Origin: Rebecca billardiae RCC1528
Lineage: Eukaryota; Protista; Haptophyta
Direction of reading: 5' to 3'
Assembly (NCBI GenBank): GCA_965240325.2
Contig: OZ251233.1
Span: 1,488,001-1,552,000, forward strand
Length of the DNA: 64,000 nucleotides
A program made the position numbers and the translations under genes. A model generated the notes under the pieces. The model did not search any database and was not told where the DNA came from. It worked only from the letters and a program-made list of their open reading frames with translations. Positions 10,801 through 24,000 of this stretch are shown one piece after another. Numbering within the stretch: position 1 is the first letter of the stretch; every line of letters begins with the position of its first letter.

Positions 10801-13800
10801 TTGTGCCCGGCGTTCAGCGGCTCGCCGTCGAGCGTGAACGCAATCTCGTACTCGAGATTGCGCACGCCGCCGCCGGTCGCGGTGGCGAGGCTCACGCCGA
10901 CGGAGCCGACGGTGGGCATCAGCGAGAGCGCGTCCGCGACCGCGTCCGCGGGCTCGCCGATCGCGAGCTCGGCGCTCGTCGCGCCGTTGAAGCTGAACGC
11001 CCACGCGCCCGCGAACGGGCCGGCCACGGGCGCGCCGTCGGGCACGCTCAGACTCACGAGCAGCACCTCGCCGACGCCCGGCCCGACCGGCGCGGTCTCG
11101 TTCGCCGCGGACGCGCCGACGGGCTCGTCGGGCGGCGCGACCTCCATCGCCGCGACCGAGTACCCGATGTCCAGCTCGCCCGACGTCGCGAGCGTCGAGA
11201 TCGTCGAGGCGACCGCCTTGAGCGAGCTGAAGGCGGAGGCGGAGGTGACGGCGGTCGGCGCGCACCGGCCGGCGGCGGTGAGCGACGCTCCTGTCGCGCA
11301 CGAGGTGCAGCTCGTCTCGAGCGCGCCGGAGCAGCCGAGGCACGTGGCGTGGCACGGCTCGCACCGGCCGGCGGCGGCGTACGTGCCCGCGGGGCACGAC
11401 GCGACGCAGCTCCCCGCGCTCGCCGAGACGGGCAGCAGGTTGGGCGCGGCGCTCGGGCAGGCGGTGCACGCGGACGCACCCGAGCCCTCGCAGCGCGCGC
11501 AGCCTGAGTGGCACGCCGTGCACGCCGGCGCGGCGCCCGAGCTGTCGGCGAAGGTGTTGGCGGGGCAGCCGGCGGCGCCGACGCACGCGCCGCCGATCGC
11601 GAACGGCCGCGGCCCCGCCGTGTCGCACGACGTGCACGACGAGCTCGACGCGGAAGTGCATGCGGCGCATGAGCCGTGGCAGGGCTCGCACGTGCCGTCG
11701 GTGCTCGAGAACAGCCCCGCCGGGCACGCCGCGACGCACGCGCCGGCGACGCCGACGAAGCCGCCGCTCACGCGCGTGTTGAGGAACGGGGTGGTCGACG
11801 CGCTCGCGCACCGCGTGCACCGCGCCGCGCCCGCGCCGTCGCACGCCTGGCACGAGCCGGCGCACTGCGCGCACTCGCCCGCGCCGTTCACGTACTCGCC
11901 CACCGGACAGACGAGAACGCACGCGGGGCCGACGCGCGCCGTGCCCGCGCGGCACGCGGTGCAGCGGAGCGGGCCCGCGCCGTCGCACGCGGCGCACGAC
12001 TCGTCGCACGCCGCGCAGCGGTACACCGTCGTGCCGCCGCTCAGCGCGGCCGCGCGGTACGTGCCGACGGGGCACGCGGGCACGCACGCGCCCGCGCTCA
12101 GGAACGGCGCGATCGCCGACGACGTCGCGGGGCAGGTCGAGAGCGCGCACGGGTGCGGCGGGCAGCTGGAGCACTCGGAGGCGGTGCCGCCCGAGCAGCC
12201 GCGGCAGGAGGGGTGGCACGGCGTGCACACGCCGCTCAGCGAGTTCGCGTACGTGCCGAGCGGGCACTCGACCGCGGTGACGCACGCGCCGCGCGCCGGC
12301 GCGCCGAGCGGCGCGGACGCGACCGCGAGGAACCGACGCTGCTCGAGCGTGCACGTGGTGCACTGGTCGGCGGCGGGGCCGACGCACGCGCCGGTGGCGC
12401 CGCACGCGCCGGAGCACGGCGCGCACGCGCCCGCCGCGTTGACGAAGTGCGCCGCCGGGCAGCCCGCGAGGCACTGCCCGGCGAAGAAGAAGGGGGCGGC
12501 GCCGGCCGCGTCGCACAGCGTGCACGCGTCCGCCTCCTGCGCGCCCGGCGGGTCGCACTCGAGGCAGCTCGGGTGGCAGTCCATCTTCTCGCACGCGGCG
12601 CCGGTGTACCCGTCGTCGCACACGCACGCGCCCTCCTCGCACTGCCCGCGCTCGCCGCACGAGACGTCGGCGCACGGGTCCTGCTGCTCGATCTGCACCT
12701 GCACCTCGACCGAGCCGGCCACGATCGAGACAACGCGGATCCGCGAGGGCGGGATCTGCAGCAGCGCGGCGAGGTTGTTGATCAGGTCGCCCTCGAAGAA
12801 GTCGGTGAGCGAGATGTCGAGGCCGAGGCCGAGCCGCACCGTCGGCAGCGTGCGCACCTCGACGCGCTGGGCGTGGCACACCGTCAGCGTGAGCTCGTTG
12901 GTCGCGTAGTCGAACGTGTTGGCGCCGCAGCTGTCGTCGACGCTCGCCGTGACGGGCGCGCGCCCCTCGAAGCCGGGCAGCGCCGAGTAGGGCGTGCCGT
13001 CGGGCGCGACGTTCGAGTCCTGCACGAAGCGGCCGCCCGCGTACACCTTGAGCCGCTGCGGCGCGGTGTACAGGATCTTGAGCGAGAGCCGGCCGGACGC
13101 GTCGTCTTCGCGCGCGGCGAGTGCGCGCGGGTGCGCGCCATAGTCGAGGATGTGGAAGCGCAAGTGCGCAGGGTTTGTCCCGGAGAAGTCGAGGCGGTAC
13201 GGCTCGCCGCCGGCGGCGATGGCGTGGAAGGTGGAGAGGCGCTTGAGGCAGGTGTACCCGAAGCACCACCCGTGGTCCTGCCCGCCGTTCATCAGGTCCA
13301 CCGTGCCGTCGTTGAGCGCGGTCAGCCCGACCGGCACGAGCGAGCGCGTCTCTGTGTCGCCGTCCATCGACTCGATAATCAGGTAGTGGTACCGCCGGCC
13401 GAGCGAGCCGGGGCACAGGTCGGCGTTCCACTGGTCGGCGCGCGAGACGCAGCCCGGGCGGTACACGCCGTACGCGGGCACGCCGACGCCCGCGTCGTAG
13501 TCCGCCGACGACACGTACCGCGGCGGCAGGATGTAGTTGGTCGGCGTGACACCGTCCGCGCGCACGGGCGACTGCTGCTGCGCGCGCGCGAGCACCGAAG
13601 CGCCCTCGCCCGCGCGCCAGAGCGTGCCGTCGGCGTCGTGCAGGATGGTGTGCTTCCGCCCGTCGCAGTCCATCGAGACGCAGTCGTCGATCGCGATCCA
13701 CGCGCGCGCCGGCGCGTCGAGGAAGAGCATCCGCGCCTCGTCCGTCTGCAGCCGCGAGAAGGCGCGCGACACGAGCGGATGCACCGCGTCGGGCGCCTCG

Positions 13801-15004
13801 CCGTTGCGAAAGAAATTGAGCCGGTTGCCCGCCTGGTGGAACGCGCAGTGCGCGACGAGGGCGTCGGCCCAGCGCGCGGCGGTGACGTGGCGCAGCTCGG
13901 TGCGCCCGTACAGCGCGGCGTACGACGCCTGCGTCCGCGTCCACGGCTTCTTCTCCGGGATCATCGAGTTGAACCCCTGCGAGAAGACGGCGAGCATCAG
14001 CCCGATCGGCGCGCGCGTGCGCGACCAGGTGTACGGGTCTGGCGCGCGCGGCCGCGGCGCGTTGCACGCGTCGAGGGCGGAGGAGCCGACGAAGAGCGCG
14101 CGGCGGACGACGAGCGCCTTCGGCGGCGAGGCGAACTGGTGGGACGCCGAGCTCGGCCCCGCGAAGCCCACGTGCACGCCCACCTTGCAGTCGGCGACCG
14201 ACACGGCAGACAGCTGCAGCCGAGAGTAACCGACCAGCGCCCAGATCCCAAAGTTCCACGCCTTGAACGCGGTGAAGCGGCCGACGTTGACGCACGCGGT
14301 GGCGCCGGGGTCGCGCAGCGCGAGGCCGAGGAGCGAGCCGTGCGCGCGGTTCCGCGCGAACACGTTGATCACGCCGCCCGCCGACGGCACGAAGAGCGCC
14401 TCCAGCAGCGCGCCGTCCGAGCCGGCGTCGACCGAGTCGGCGCCGCCGCCCGCGTCGGCCGCGTCGGCCGCGCTCGCGTCGCACAGCTGCGGCGCGCGGG
14501 AGAACTTGAAGGCGATGCGCTCGGCGCCGGCGACGGCGTTGTCCACGCACACGCACCCCACCGCGCCCGGCCCCACCTCGATCCCCGCCGGCCAGCGCTC
14601 CCAGTTGACGAAGCGCAGGTTGGAGCGGCTCGCGCGGCCGTCGTGCTGCAGCAGCGTCGACGCGCGCACGACCAGGTTGCCGCCGACGAGCGCGCACGTG
14701 CCGTCGACGTGGATGCCCGAGCCGAGCGTGTTGTGCACCACGTTGCCCGACAGGCTCACGTTCGCCACGTCGCGCCCCACGTGGATCCCCGGCGCGTACG
14801 ACACGTCGATCGCGCACTCCTTGGCGTACGACGCGCCGCGGCGCGCGTTGGTGAGCGCCGCAAAGTTGTGCGCGAGCGGAGTGTACGGGAACGCGGCGCT
14901 GAACTGCAGGGTGGCGCGCTCGTCGTGCCCCGCGTGGCCGGTGGTGCGGAACTCGACGTTCGAGAGGTGCGCCACGCCCACCTCGTGCGTCTCCACCACC
15001 GGCG

Positions 15005-15036
<32 letters not shown>

Positions 15037-18000
15037 ACCTTCTCGAACGTGACGAGCGTGTCGACGTGCACGCGCGCGCCGAGCTCCGAGTCCCAGATGG
15101 GCTCGTACGCGGGGCTCTCGAGCTGCGTGGCGGCGCGGACGACGACGGAGCGCGAGAGCAGACCCACCTCCACGCGCATGTCCACGAACTTGGGCGCGCG
15201 CGTCGCGTTGCCCGACGGGTCGTCCGCGCCGTCGTGCCACTCGACGGCCGACGGCCGCGCGTACGCGAGCGGCGCGCCGAGCGTGATCAGCGTGCGGCCC
15301 GGCCGGCGGTTGAGCGGCACCGTGTCGGCGGTGTCGGGCGTGCCCGCGCCGGGGAGCCCCGCGTCGGCGCGCACGCCCGCCCCGCCCGCCGCGAGCGCGT
15401 CGTACCCGTCCGTCCCGTTGATCGCGACGATCGTGTGCACCTCCGCCTCCCAGGGTTCGTACCCGGCGGGCGCGACGACGACCGACGCGCCGAGCGGCCA
15501 CTCGACGTAGCCGTCGAGCTCGAGGTAGGTGGCGCCCGCGTCGACGGAGGCGTTGAGCAGCGCCCACGTCGCGCCGGTGCGGTTGGACACGCCGTGCATC
15601 TCGACCACGCCGAACACCGCGAGCGTCTTCGGCCCGTAGTCCTTGAGCCCGAGCGGCAGCCCGCGCGTGTACCGATCCCCGTGCAGTACAATCTCGGCGC
15701 GCGCGCCGCCCGCCGCACCGTACGGCGCGTCGGGCGCGCCGATGATGAGCTCGGCGCCGCCGCGCACGACGATGTTGACGGCGTGGAGCTCGAGCGTGCC
15801 CGTCGTGTTCTCGTCGAACTGCAGCGCGCCGCGCACCGTGAGCACGTCGAGCACGGGCGGCTGCACGTCGAGCACCACGTGCAGATGCGAGGGGATCTCG
15901 GGAGAGTCCATGAAGCCGGGCGCCGTGCCGTTCCACGTGGTGTTCGTGTCGGACCAGTAGACGACGAGGCGGTTGTTGATGAGGAAGGAGGGCGCGGCGA
16001 AGGGGCAGCCCTCGGGCGGGCACGGCTTCGCCTCCACCAGCCCCTGCACCTCGATGCACGGGTCCCACCACTCGTGCCGGCACGGCGGAGGCCCCTTGAG
16101 CAGAGTCGTGAGCGTCATCGTCCGGTTGTCGAAGAACCAGTCGCCGAGCTCGGCGGGGAGGAGCGGGCGGACGGCGGCGTGCGCGGCGGCGGAGAGGTCG
16201 TGCGGCATGTACGCGGTGTACACGCGCAGCGCGCCCACCGTCGCGCCGAGCGCGTGCTCCGACACCGACGTCTCCCACGGCATCGGCGCGCCGAGCGTCG
16301 CCACGGTCGCGCCCGCGCCGAGCGGCAAGCCAACGGCCGCGCCCGAGACGGTGCTGAGCGGCACGCCGTCGACGAGCAGCGCCATCGCGCCGGCGGGCGC
16401 GGAGAGCGCGAGGCTGAGGTGGTGCCACCCCACCGTCAGCGCCTCGGCCAGCTTCACCGCGTGCCAGCTCGCCGGCGCGCACGTGCCGAACGAGCCGAAG
16501 CAGCCGGCCGCCTCGCATGGCCGAGTCGCGCGCACGCCGACGCACGGCGCGGCGGCGTCCGAGCCGTGCCCGACGAAGAGAAGCATGGCGGGCGCGGTGG
16601 GCGTGGACTCGTACCGGAGCCAGAGCTCGAAGGTGAGCTCGGTCGCGTCGCCGATCGTCGAGCCGTTCACCGGCAGCGCCGCGCCCACCGCCGCCGGCTC
16701 GAGCGCGACGCCGAAGCGCTTGCCCGCGGGCGCGCCGCCCGGCGCGTCGGCCGCGCCGAGCGAGAGAGCGCGCGGCGCGCCCGCGCCCGCGCTCGCGTCG
16801 AGCGCGTCGAGCGCGGCGTCGGGCGCGTCGACGACGCCGTGCAGGCCGAGCGCGGCGTCGGCGCCCTCGCGCACCACGCGCGCCGCCGCGCCGCGCCGCA
16901 GCGCCACGCGCGCGCGCGCGCCGCCGAGCGCGGGCCCGCGGTCGGAGCCGCCGTCCGGCTCGTCAAACCAAAAGTCGTGCGCGAGCGAGCCAAGCAGATT
17001 CGCGCCGTGCACGGAGGCGTTGACGAAGTCGGTGAGGCGCGCGGCGCGCATCGCGCCGAGCACGTCCGCGGCGGGCGGGTCGTCCGCCGGCACGGGCGGC
17101 CGCCCGCCCGCGAACGGCGCCGTCTTCAGCCCCGCCCCCGCGAAGCTCGTGGCGATGTAGTCGGGCTCGTCGCGGTAGCGCGTGCGCACGACGAGCGCGT
17201 CGCCCGCGCGCAGGTCGCCCACGCCCGCGGTGTACTGGCGCACGTCGACGTAGTCGGACTCGAGCAGGTCCCAGTGGAGCTCGTGGACCACGCCCGTGCG
17301 GATCGGCGCCTCGTACCCGCGCCCCAGCGTGCGCCGCTTCAGCTGGTAGTCCGCGCGCAGCGTGGGCAGGTTGGCGTACTCGACCGGACCGACGCACGCG
17401 TCCGCGCGCACGCGGCACGACGTCCAGGGGTCGGAGCCGTCGGACCAGACGAGGCGGCCGCCGGGCTGGAGGACGGCCTCGCGCGGCAGCACGTCGCCGT
17501 TCGACTGCACGAACTCGACCGACAGCCGCTCCACCGCGTCCGCGCCGATCGGCTGCCACTGCCCGCGCGCGCGCGCCCACAGGTCTGTGCGGCCGTATAC
17601 GACCGCGCTGAAGTTGGCGCCCGGCCCGTTGGTGACGGTGACGAGGTAGTCGACGCCGTCGGGGCGCCACTTGTCGGCGAGGAAGTCGGCGTCGTCCTCG
17701 CGGACGAAGCGGCCGCCCGGCGCGTGCGTCAGCTTGAGGTGCACGTTCGCCAGCCCCGTCACCGGCTCCATGTTGTTCAGCGCGAACCGGCGGAAGCCCA
17801 TGCGTGGGCACACGTACCCCGCGCGCCCGTCCGCCCAGAAGCGGGCGTCCGAGGGCGAGTAGCAGCCAGGGTAGCCGCCGGCGTCGAGGAGGGCGTGTGC
17901 GGGGAGGAGCGAGCCGGGCACGCCGGTGCCCACGAGGCTCCCGTCCACGTCGACGAGCACGCCCTCGTGCTTGTGCATCCAGAACACGCGGTACGGCGCG

Positions 18001-21000
18001 CGCTCGAAGCTGAGCAGCTCGGCGCGCGTCTCCCAGCCCCCGCCAAGCGGCGTGAAGCCCTCCTTGGCCAGAGCGCCGAACGCCGCGGTGCCGGGCGCGT
18101 CGAAGTGGGCGAAGGTGACGTTGCGCACGGAGAGGCGGTGCCACGCGGGCGCCTCGATGCCGAGCACCGAGCCCGCCGCGTCCGGCGCCACGCGCGGCGG
18201 CAGCACGCCCACGATCAGCGTGTCGGCCAGCACGTTGGTACCCCACTCTCCGAGCAGGAGCCCGCCCTGCGCGCCGGGGTACTCGATGCCGCGCGCCGCG
18301 TTGTCGACGAGCTGGAAGTTGCGCAGCGTGAGCGAGGCGACGCGCGAGATCTGCACGCCGTTCACGTTGTTGCGGTACGCCAGCAGCCCGTCGAACGTCG
18401 TGTGCACGTACGGGTTGTTCGGCCCGACCGGCTGGCACGGCAGCTCGCGCGGCAGCCACTCGTCGTACAGCCTGAGGCCGTACCTCCCGCACGAGTGCGC
18501 GACGTTGTCCGCCCAGCGCAGCATGGGCACGTGGCGCGGGCAGACGCCCTGCGCCTGGGGCGTGCCGACCGACGCGCCCGAGATCTCCGCCTCCGTCTTG
18601 TACCAGAACCCGTAGTTCTGCGCCCCCGCCGCCGCGTTGCCCTCGAGCGCGTTGTCGGCGCTCGTCACCCAGAACGCGGCGGGCGTTTGGTCGGTGTTGA
18701 GGAGCGCGTTCGACTCGCGCGTGAGGACGGCGAGGTTGCGCAGGATCTGGTTCTTCGTCTCGATCGCGTCCTCGATGAAGTACGTGTGCCCCATCACGTT
18801 GTACGCCACGTTGTCCGTGATGCGCAGGTGGTGCACGCCGTGGATCGTGAACGCGCGGTTGAAAGACTCGTGCACCGCGCACCCGCGGATGAACGACCGT
18901 CGCACGTGACCGATCATGTGGAAGTGCACGGGGTACTTGCCGAGGGAGAAGGCCTGGCCGACGCGGTGGAACTCGACGTGCGAGAGGCGGCCGATCAGCG
19001 ACTCGTGCCCCTCCGAGTGCAGCATCAGCGTGCCGCCCATCATCGTCTCGGCGCTCTCGTCGTCGCCGCGGAGCACGACCGTGCGACTGAGCAGCCCGAC
19101 CTCGGCGCGCATCGGCACGAGCTGTCCGCCCACGAACACGTCTTCGCCCGAGTGGTCGTGCGCGAGCTTGGGGGAGACCTCGAGGACGGTGGGCGAGGGG
19201 CGCGCGGTGATCGTCACCTGCTCCGCCTCGTGCATGTCGTGCCCCGTCGGCGCGACCACCACCTGATCGCCCACCTGCCACGGCACTGGCTCGAGAAGCT
19301 CGAGAGATGACGCGTTGGCGAGCGCGCTCGACGCGAGCCGCGTCCACGTGCGCCCCACGGGCGCGCCGTGCATGTCGAGCGTGCAGAAGCGGCAGCCGAG
19401 GACCTTCGCGCCGTACACGGGCAGCTCGGTCGACTGCCGCGTGCCGTGCAGCGTGATCGTCGCCCTGTGCGCGAACGGCTCCGCCTCGGTGCCGACGGTG
19501 AGCGCCCCGCGGTGTACAAAGATGTACGAAGCGTCAAGGGTGAGGTCAGACTCGTCGAGGAAGGTGAGGCTGCCCTCGATGAGGAGGAGGAAGAGGCGCG
19601 GCGGCGAGACGTCGAGGAGGACGGACTGGCCGCGCGGGATCTGCACCGAGTCGCCCTCCACCGGCGGCGCGAGCCCGCCCCACGTCGTCGGGCGCGACCA
19701 CAGGTCGACGTACGCATACACCGCCGCGCTCGCGCCCGCGCCCGCCCCCGCGACGGACACGCGGACGGCATACGCGCCGGGGCGCGAGGCGTCGGTGCGG
19801 CCGTGCGCGGCGGTGACGCACTCGATCGCCCACGCGCTCGCGGCGAGCACCGCGCACGGCAGCCCGCCGATCGTCACGCTCACGTTCGCCGCGCCCGTCG
19901 CGCTCGCGTTCGCGCCCGAGCTGTCGACGCCAAGCAGCCGCGCGCCGGCGATCGTGACGCGCGTGCCGCCGGCCGTCGAGCCGCGGCGCGGCGCGACGGC
20001 GTGGACGACGGGCGTGGCGCTCGCGCGGAGCGCGGCGGCGGCGGGCACGTGCTCGAGCAGCTCGAGCGGCACGCCCGCCACCGACGCCTCCGCGAGCGCG
20101 ATCGCCGCGTTCGGCGGCGGCGCGAGCGCGGCCGCGCCGTCGTCGACGGTCGCGGAGGCGTGCACGCGCACGGCCGACACGCCCGCGCCCACGTCTGCGA
20201 GCGCGATCGTCGTCGTGAGCGGCGGCGCGCAGGTGGCGCGCGCGACGAGGGTGCCGCCGGTGCCGCCGCACGCGTCGGCGAGGCCGAGCGTCCACACGCC
20301 GCGCGAGCACCGCCGCAGCCCGCCGCACGCCGCGAGCACCGCCGCGGACGCGTCGCGCGCGCAGCCGGTCACAAAATCGGCCGTGTAGCCCGCGGCGCAG
20401 CTGCCGCCGACCGCGCCGCCGCCGTACGAGGCGAAGTCGACGGCGACGATGGTGTCCGTGCCGCACGAGAGGTCGAGCCAGCTGGTGGACGAGGCGCACG
20501 CGTGCGTCGCGCCCGCCAGCCCGGCGCGCACGTCCACCTCGCCGCCGGCGAACACCCACTCGCCGCCCGCGCCGCCCGCGCCGCCCGCGCCGCCCGCGCC
20601 GCCCGCGCCGCCCGCGCGCACGGCGATGGCCACGCGCTCCGGCGGCACGCCCGCCCAGGTGAGCTCGATCGAGTCGGCGCGCGCAAAGGTGCCAGCGACG
20701 CCGCGCGAGGCGAGGAGGAGCTCGAACACCGCCTCCCGCCCGTCCGGCCCCGCCGCGAGCGCGAGCGTCGACGCGTCGCCGTCGGTGAGCGGCGGCGGCA
20801 GCGGCGCGAGCGCGCCCTCGGCCGGGCTCAGCACGCCGACCGGCGCCGCGCCCGCCGGCGTGGCGGCGGCGACGGCGGCGAGGTGCGAGGGCGAGCGCCA
20901 GACGTAGTACCGCCGGCCGTCGAGGAGGCGCGCGCCCGCCGTCGCGAGCGCGAGCGCGTACGGCTCGCCCGCCGTGAGCAGCGGCGAGAACCGCCCGTCC

Positions 21001-24000
21001 GAAGCCTCGACCGAGCCGGGTGCCGGCTCGCGCGCGCACGCCAGCACGGCGCGCGCGCTCGCGAGCGCGCCGCCCGCGCGCGCGACGTGCTGGACGGTCG
21101 TCCACTGCGAGTCGGCGTCGATCGAGACGGCGTCGGCGGCGGTGCGCGTCGCGACGAGCACGAGCGCGTCCGACGCGCCCACCGACTCCGCCAGCCCCAG
21201 CCCCGCCAGCTTCCGGACCATCGTCTCAAAGTCCGGGGGAACGCTCACCAGGTTGGCCACGAGCAGGACGACGTGGTCGCCCAGTTGAGTCGCGCCCACC
21301 TCGAAGGCGAGGGCGTTGAGCTCGGTGGCGGAGTTGCGCGCGGCGGAGAAGGCGTGGCGGAGGCCGCCCGTCGCGCCGTCGATCGTCACGGCGAGCGCGC
21401 CGCGCGCCCGCGCCAGGTGCGCCGGCAGCGCGCGGCCGTTGAGCGTCAGGTCGAAGTCCGCATCCGCGCCGACGCTCTCCGCACGAACGTCGACGTCCAT
21501 GCAATTTCGGCCCGGCGGCGCGTGCAGCGGCAGCGCGGCGGCGGGCGCGGGCGAGGCGGGCGGCGGGACGAGCGCGCTCGAGTGCGCCACCGTCGCGTTG
21601 CACGCCAGCTCGGCCGAGCCCGCCGCGCCGAGCAGCGCCGGCTCGGACGCGCGGCGCGCGCGCACGCGGAGTCGCGGCGCGCTGCCCTGCTCGCTCAGCC
21701 ATTCATTGTCAGCGGTCGCGAACGCGCGCACGCCGCTGCCGGTGACGTGCTCGAGGAGCAGCGTGAGGCCGTCGCCGCGCGCGCGGCCGGGCGCGGCCTG
21801 CCACGCGCGCAGCAGCGCCGAGAGGTCCGTCGAGTTCACCAGCGCCGAGTCCTGCCGCCATTCCTCGACCTCCCAAGTCACAGCCGTCGCGTTGCGGCCC
21901 GCGGCCGCGTCGGCGGCCGAGGTGAGCCGCGGCCGGCCGGTGAGGTCGGCCCGGGCGGCGGCGAGCGGGGCGGGCGGCGTGCCGCCGTCGAGGGTGAGGC
22001 GCACGCTCACCCGCCCGACGCGCGCGCTGCTCGTCACCGCCGTCAGCTGCAGCTCCGCGTCGAGCACCGCGTCGGACGGCCCGAGCGGCACTGAGCCGAA
22101 CGCCAGAGCAACCGTCATCGCCGGCAGCAGCTCGACGGAGTTCTGCCAGCTGAGCACCGTGGTGGCCGCCCCGCGCGGGTGCTCGGAGGCGAGGCCGGCG
22201 GCGGCGGTCTCGGTGGTGACCTCCACGCCCGCGCCCACCTCCACCGGCGGCGCGTACGGCGGCGCGCCCGCCGCGAGCGGCTCCGGCGCGAACGCATACG
22301 CGCCGTCTGCGTCGCCCGCGTCGCGAAGCAGCGCGGGCGCGGCGCAGCGGAGCAGGGCGGAGCCGGACGCCGCGCCGGCGTCGTCGGCGTCGGCCGTGGC
22401 GTTGCGCAGCGGCGCGCACACGCGGTCGCACAGCGAGACGGACGTGTGCGCCGCCGAGAGCCCCGAGCCGGACACGACCACCTCCGCGCCGCCGCCGAGC
22501 CCGGCCGCGACATCGCCCGCAGGCACGGCCGCGCCGACGCCGCCGAGCGCGAGCGGGATTGAGAGTGCGCGCGCGCCGCCGGCCGCGCTCGCGTTGGCCG
22601 CGCCCCAGCCGCGCACGAGGACTCGAACGTCGTACTCGCCCGCGGCGAGCGGCGCTTCGAGCTTGCACTCGAGCGACGACGCGTCCGCGCATGCAAGCAC
22701 CGCGCACGGCGCGCCGCGGCCGAGCCGCGGCGACGCGCGCGCGCCCACCGCCACGCTCGTGTTGGCGCAGCCGGCGGGCGCGGGCGCGAGCTGAGCTCCG
22801 CTCAGCGTCAGGCTGAGGCCGTCGACGCCGAGCGTCGCGCTCGCGAGCTGCGGCGTGCGCGCCGTCGCGTAGGAGAAGGCGAGCTCGCCGCCGCCGTCCA
22901 CGCCCGACTCGCGCCCGCCCACCCACACGCGCACGCGCGCCGCCGCGGCGCCGCCGGCCGGGTCCGCGCCCGCGGCGGGCGCCGCGTCCGTCGCGCCGAG
23001 GGGCGGCGTGGCGCAGACGAGAGCGTGCACCTCCGCGCGCGAGATGACGCACTCGGCGCCGCCGATGCGGACGGTGTTGTCCGAGCCGCGCGCGGCGGAG
23101 AACCCCTCGCCGCGCACGGTGAGCAGCGTGCCGCCGTACACGCTGCCGTCCGCGGGCTCGAGCTCGAGCAGGGCCGAGCGCATGCGCACCGCGCCGCGCG
23201 CGCCGTCGAGCGCGTGCGCCGCGCCCAGCCCGTCGACGAGCACGGTCAGGGGCAACGGCACGAGCGCCGAGTTGCGCGGCGCGCGCATGGTGACGAGCAG
23301 CAGCGCGCCGCCTGAGCTGAACGTGGCGGGCTCGGCAAGCGCCTCGAGCACGCCCGCCGCCTCCGCACCGACCAGGGCGCTCGCGTTTGCAGCCGGCGCG
23401 AACGTTGAGGCGTTGAAGGCGCTGGCGTTGTACGCGGCGCCGCGGCCGGCGGCGGCGACCGCGGACTCGACCGGCAGGAAGAGGGTCGCGTTGAGAACGT
23501 CGCCCTCGCGCACGCCGTCGTTGGGCGATGAGTCGAGCAGCAGCGGCGTGTGCGCGAGCGAGTAGCGGTGCTCGCACGGCGCGGCCGCGCCGCACACCGC
23601 GCCGCGCACCGCCACGGGGACTTCGGCGAAGTACGAGCCCGCAAAGTCGGTGCTGGCGAGCGCGGCGAGCGCGCGGCGCGCGGCGCTGAGCCCGAGCTCG
23701 CCATCTGCCTCGCTGCGCGCCGCCGCCTCGTCCACGGCGGCGGCGAGGGCGGCGATCGTGTCGCGCGCGGTGGGCTCGGCGCCGCCGAGCCACAAGCCCG
23801 ACCCGCCGCCAAAACTGCCGAGCGCAGGCGCCGCTAGCGAGTCCGTCGCGCCGCCGAAGAGGAGCCGGCGCCGGCGCTCAGCCAGTGGCGGCGGCGGGCT
23901 CGGCGGCGGGCTCGGCGGCGAGCTCGGCGGCGGGCTCGGCGGCGGGCTTGGTGGCGGGCTCGGCGACGGCGGCGGGCGCGGTGGCGGGCTGGGCGGCGGG

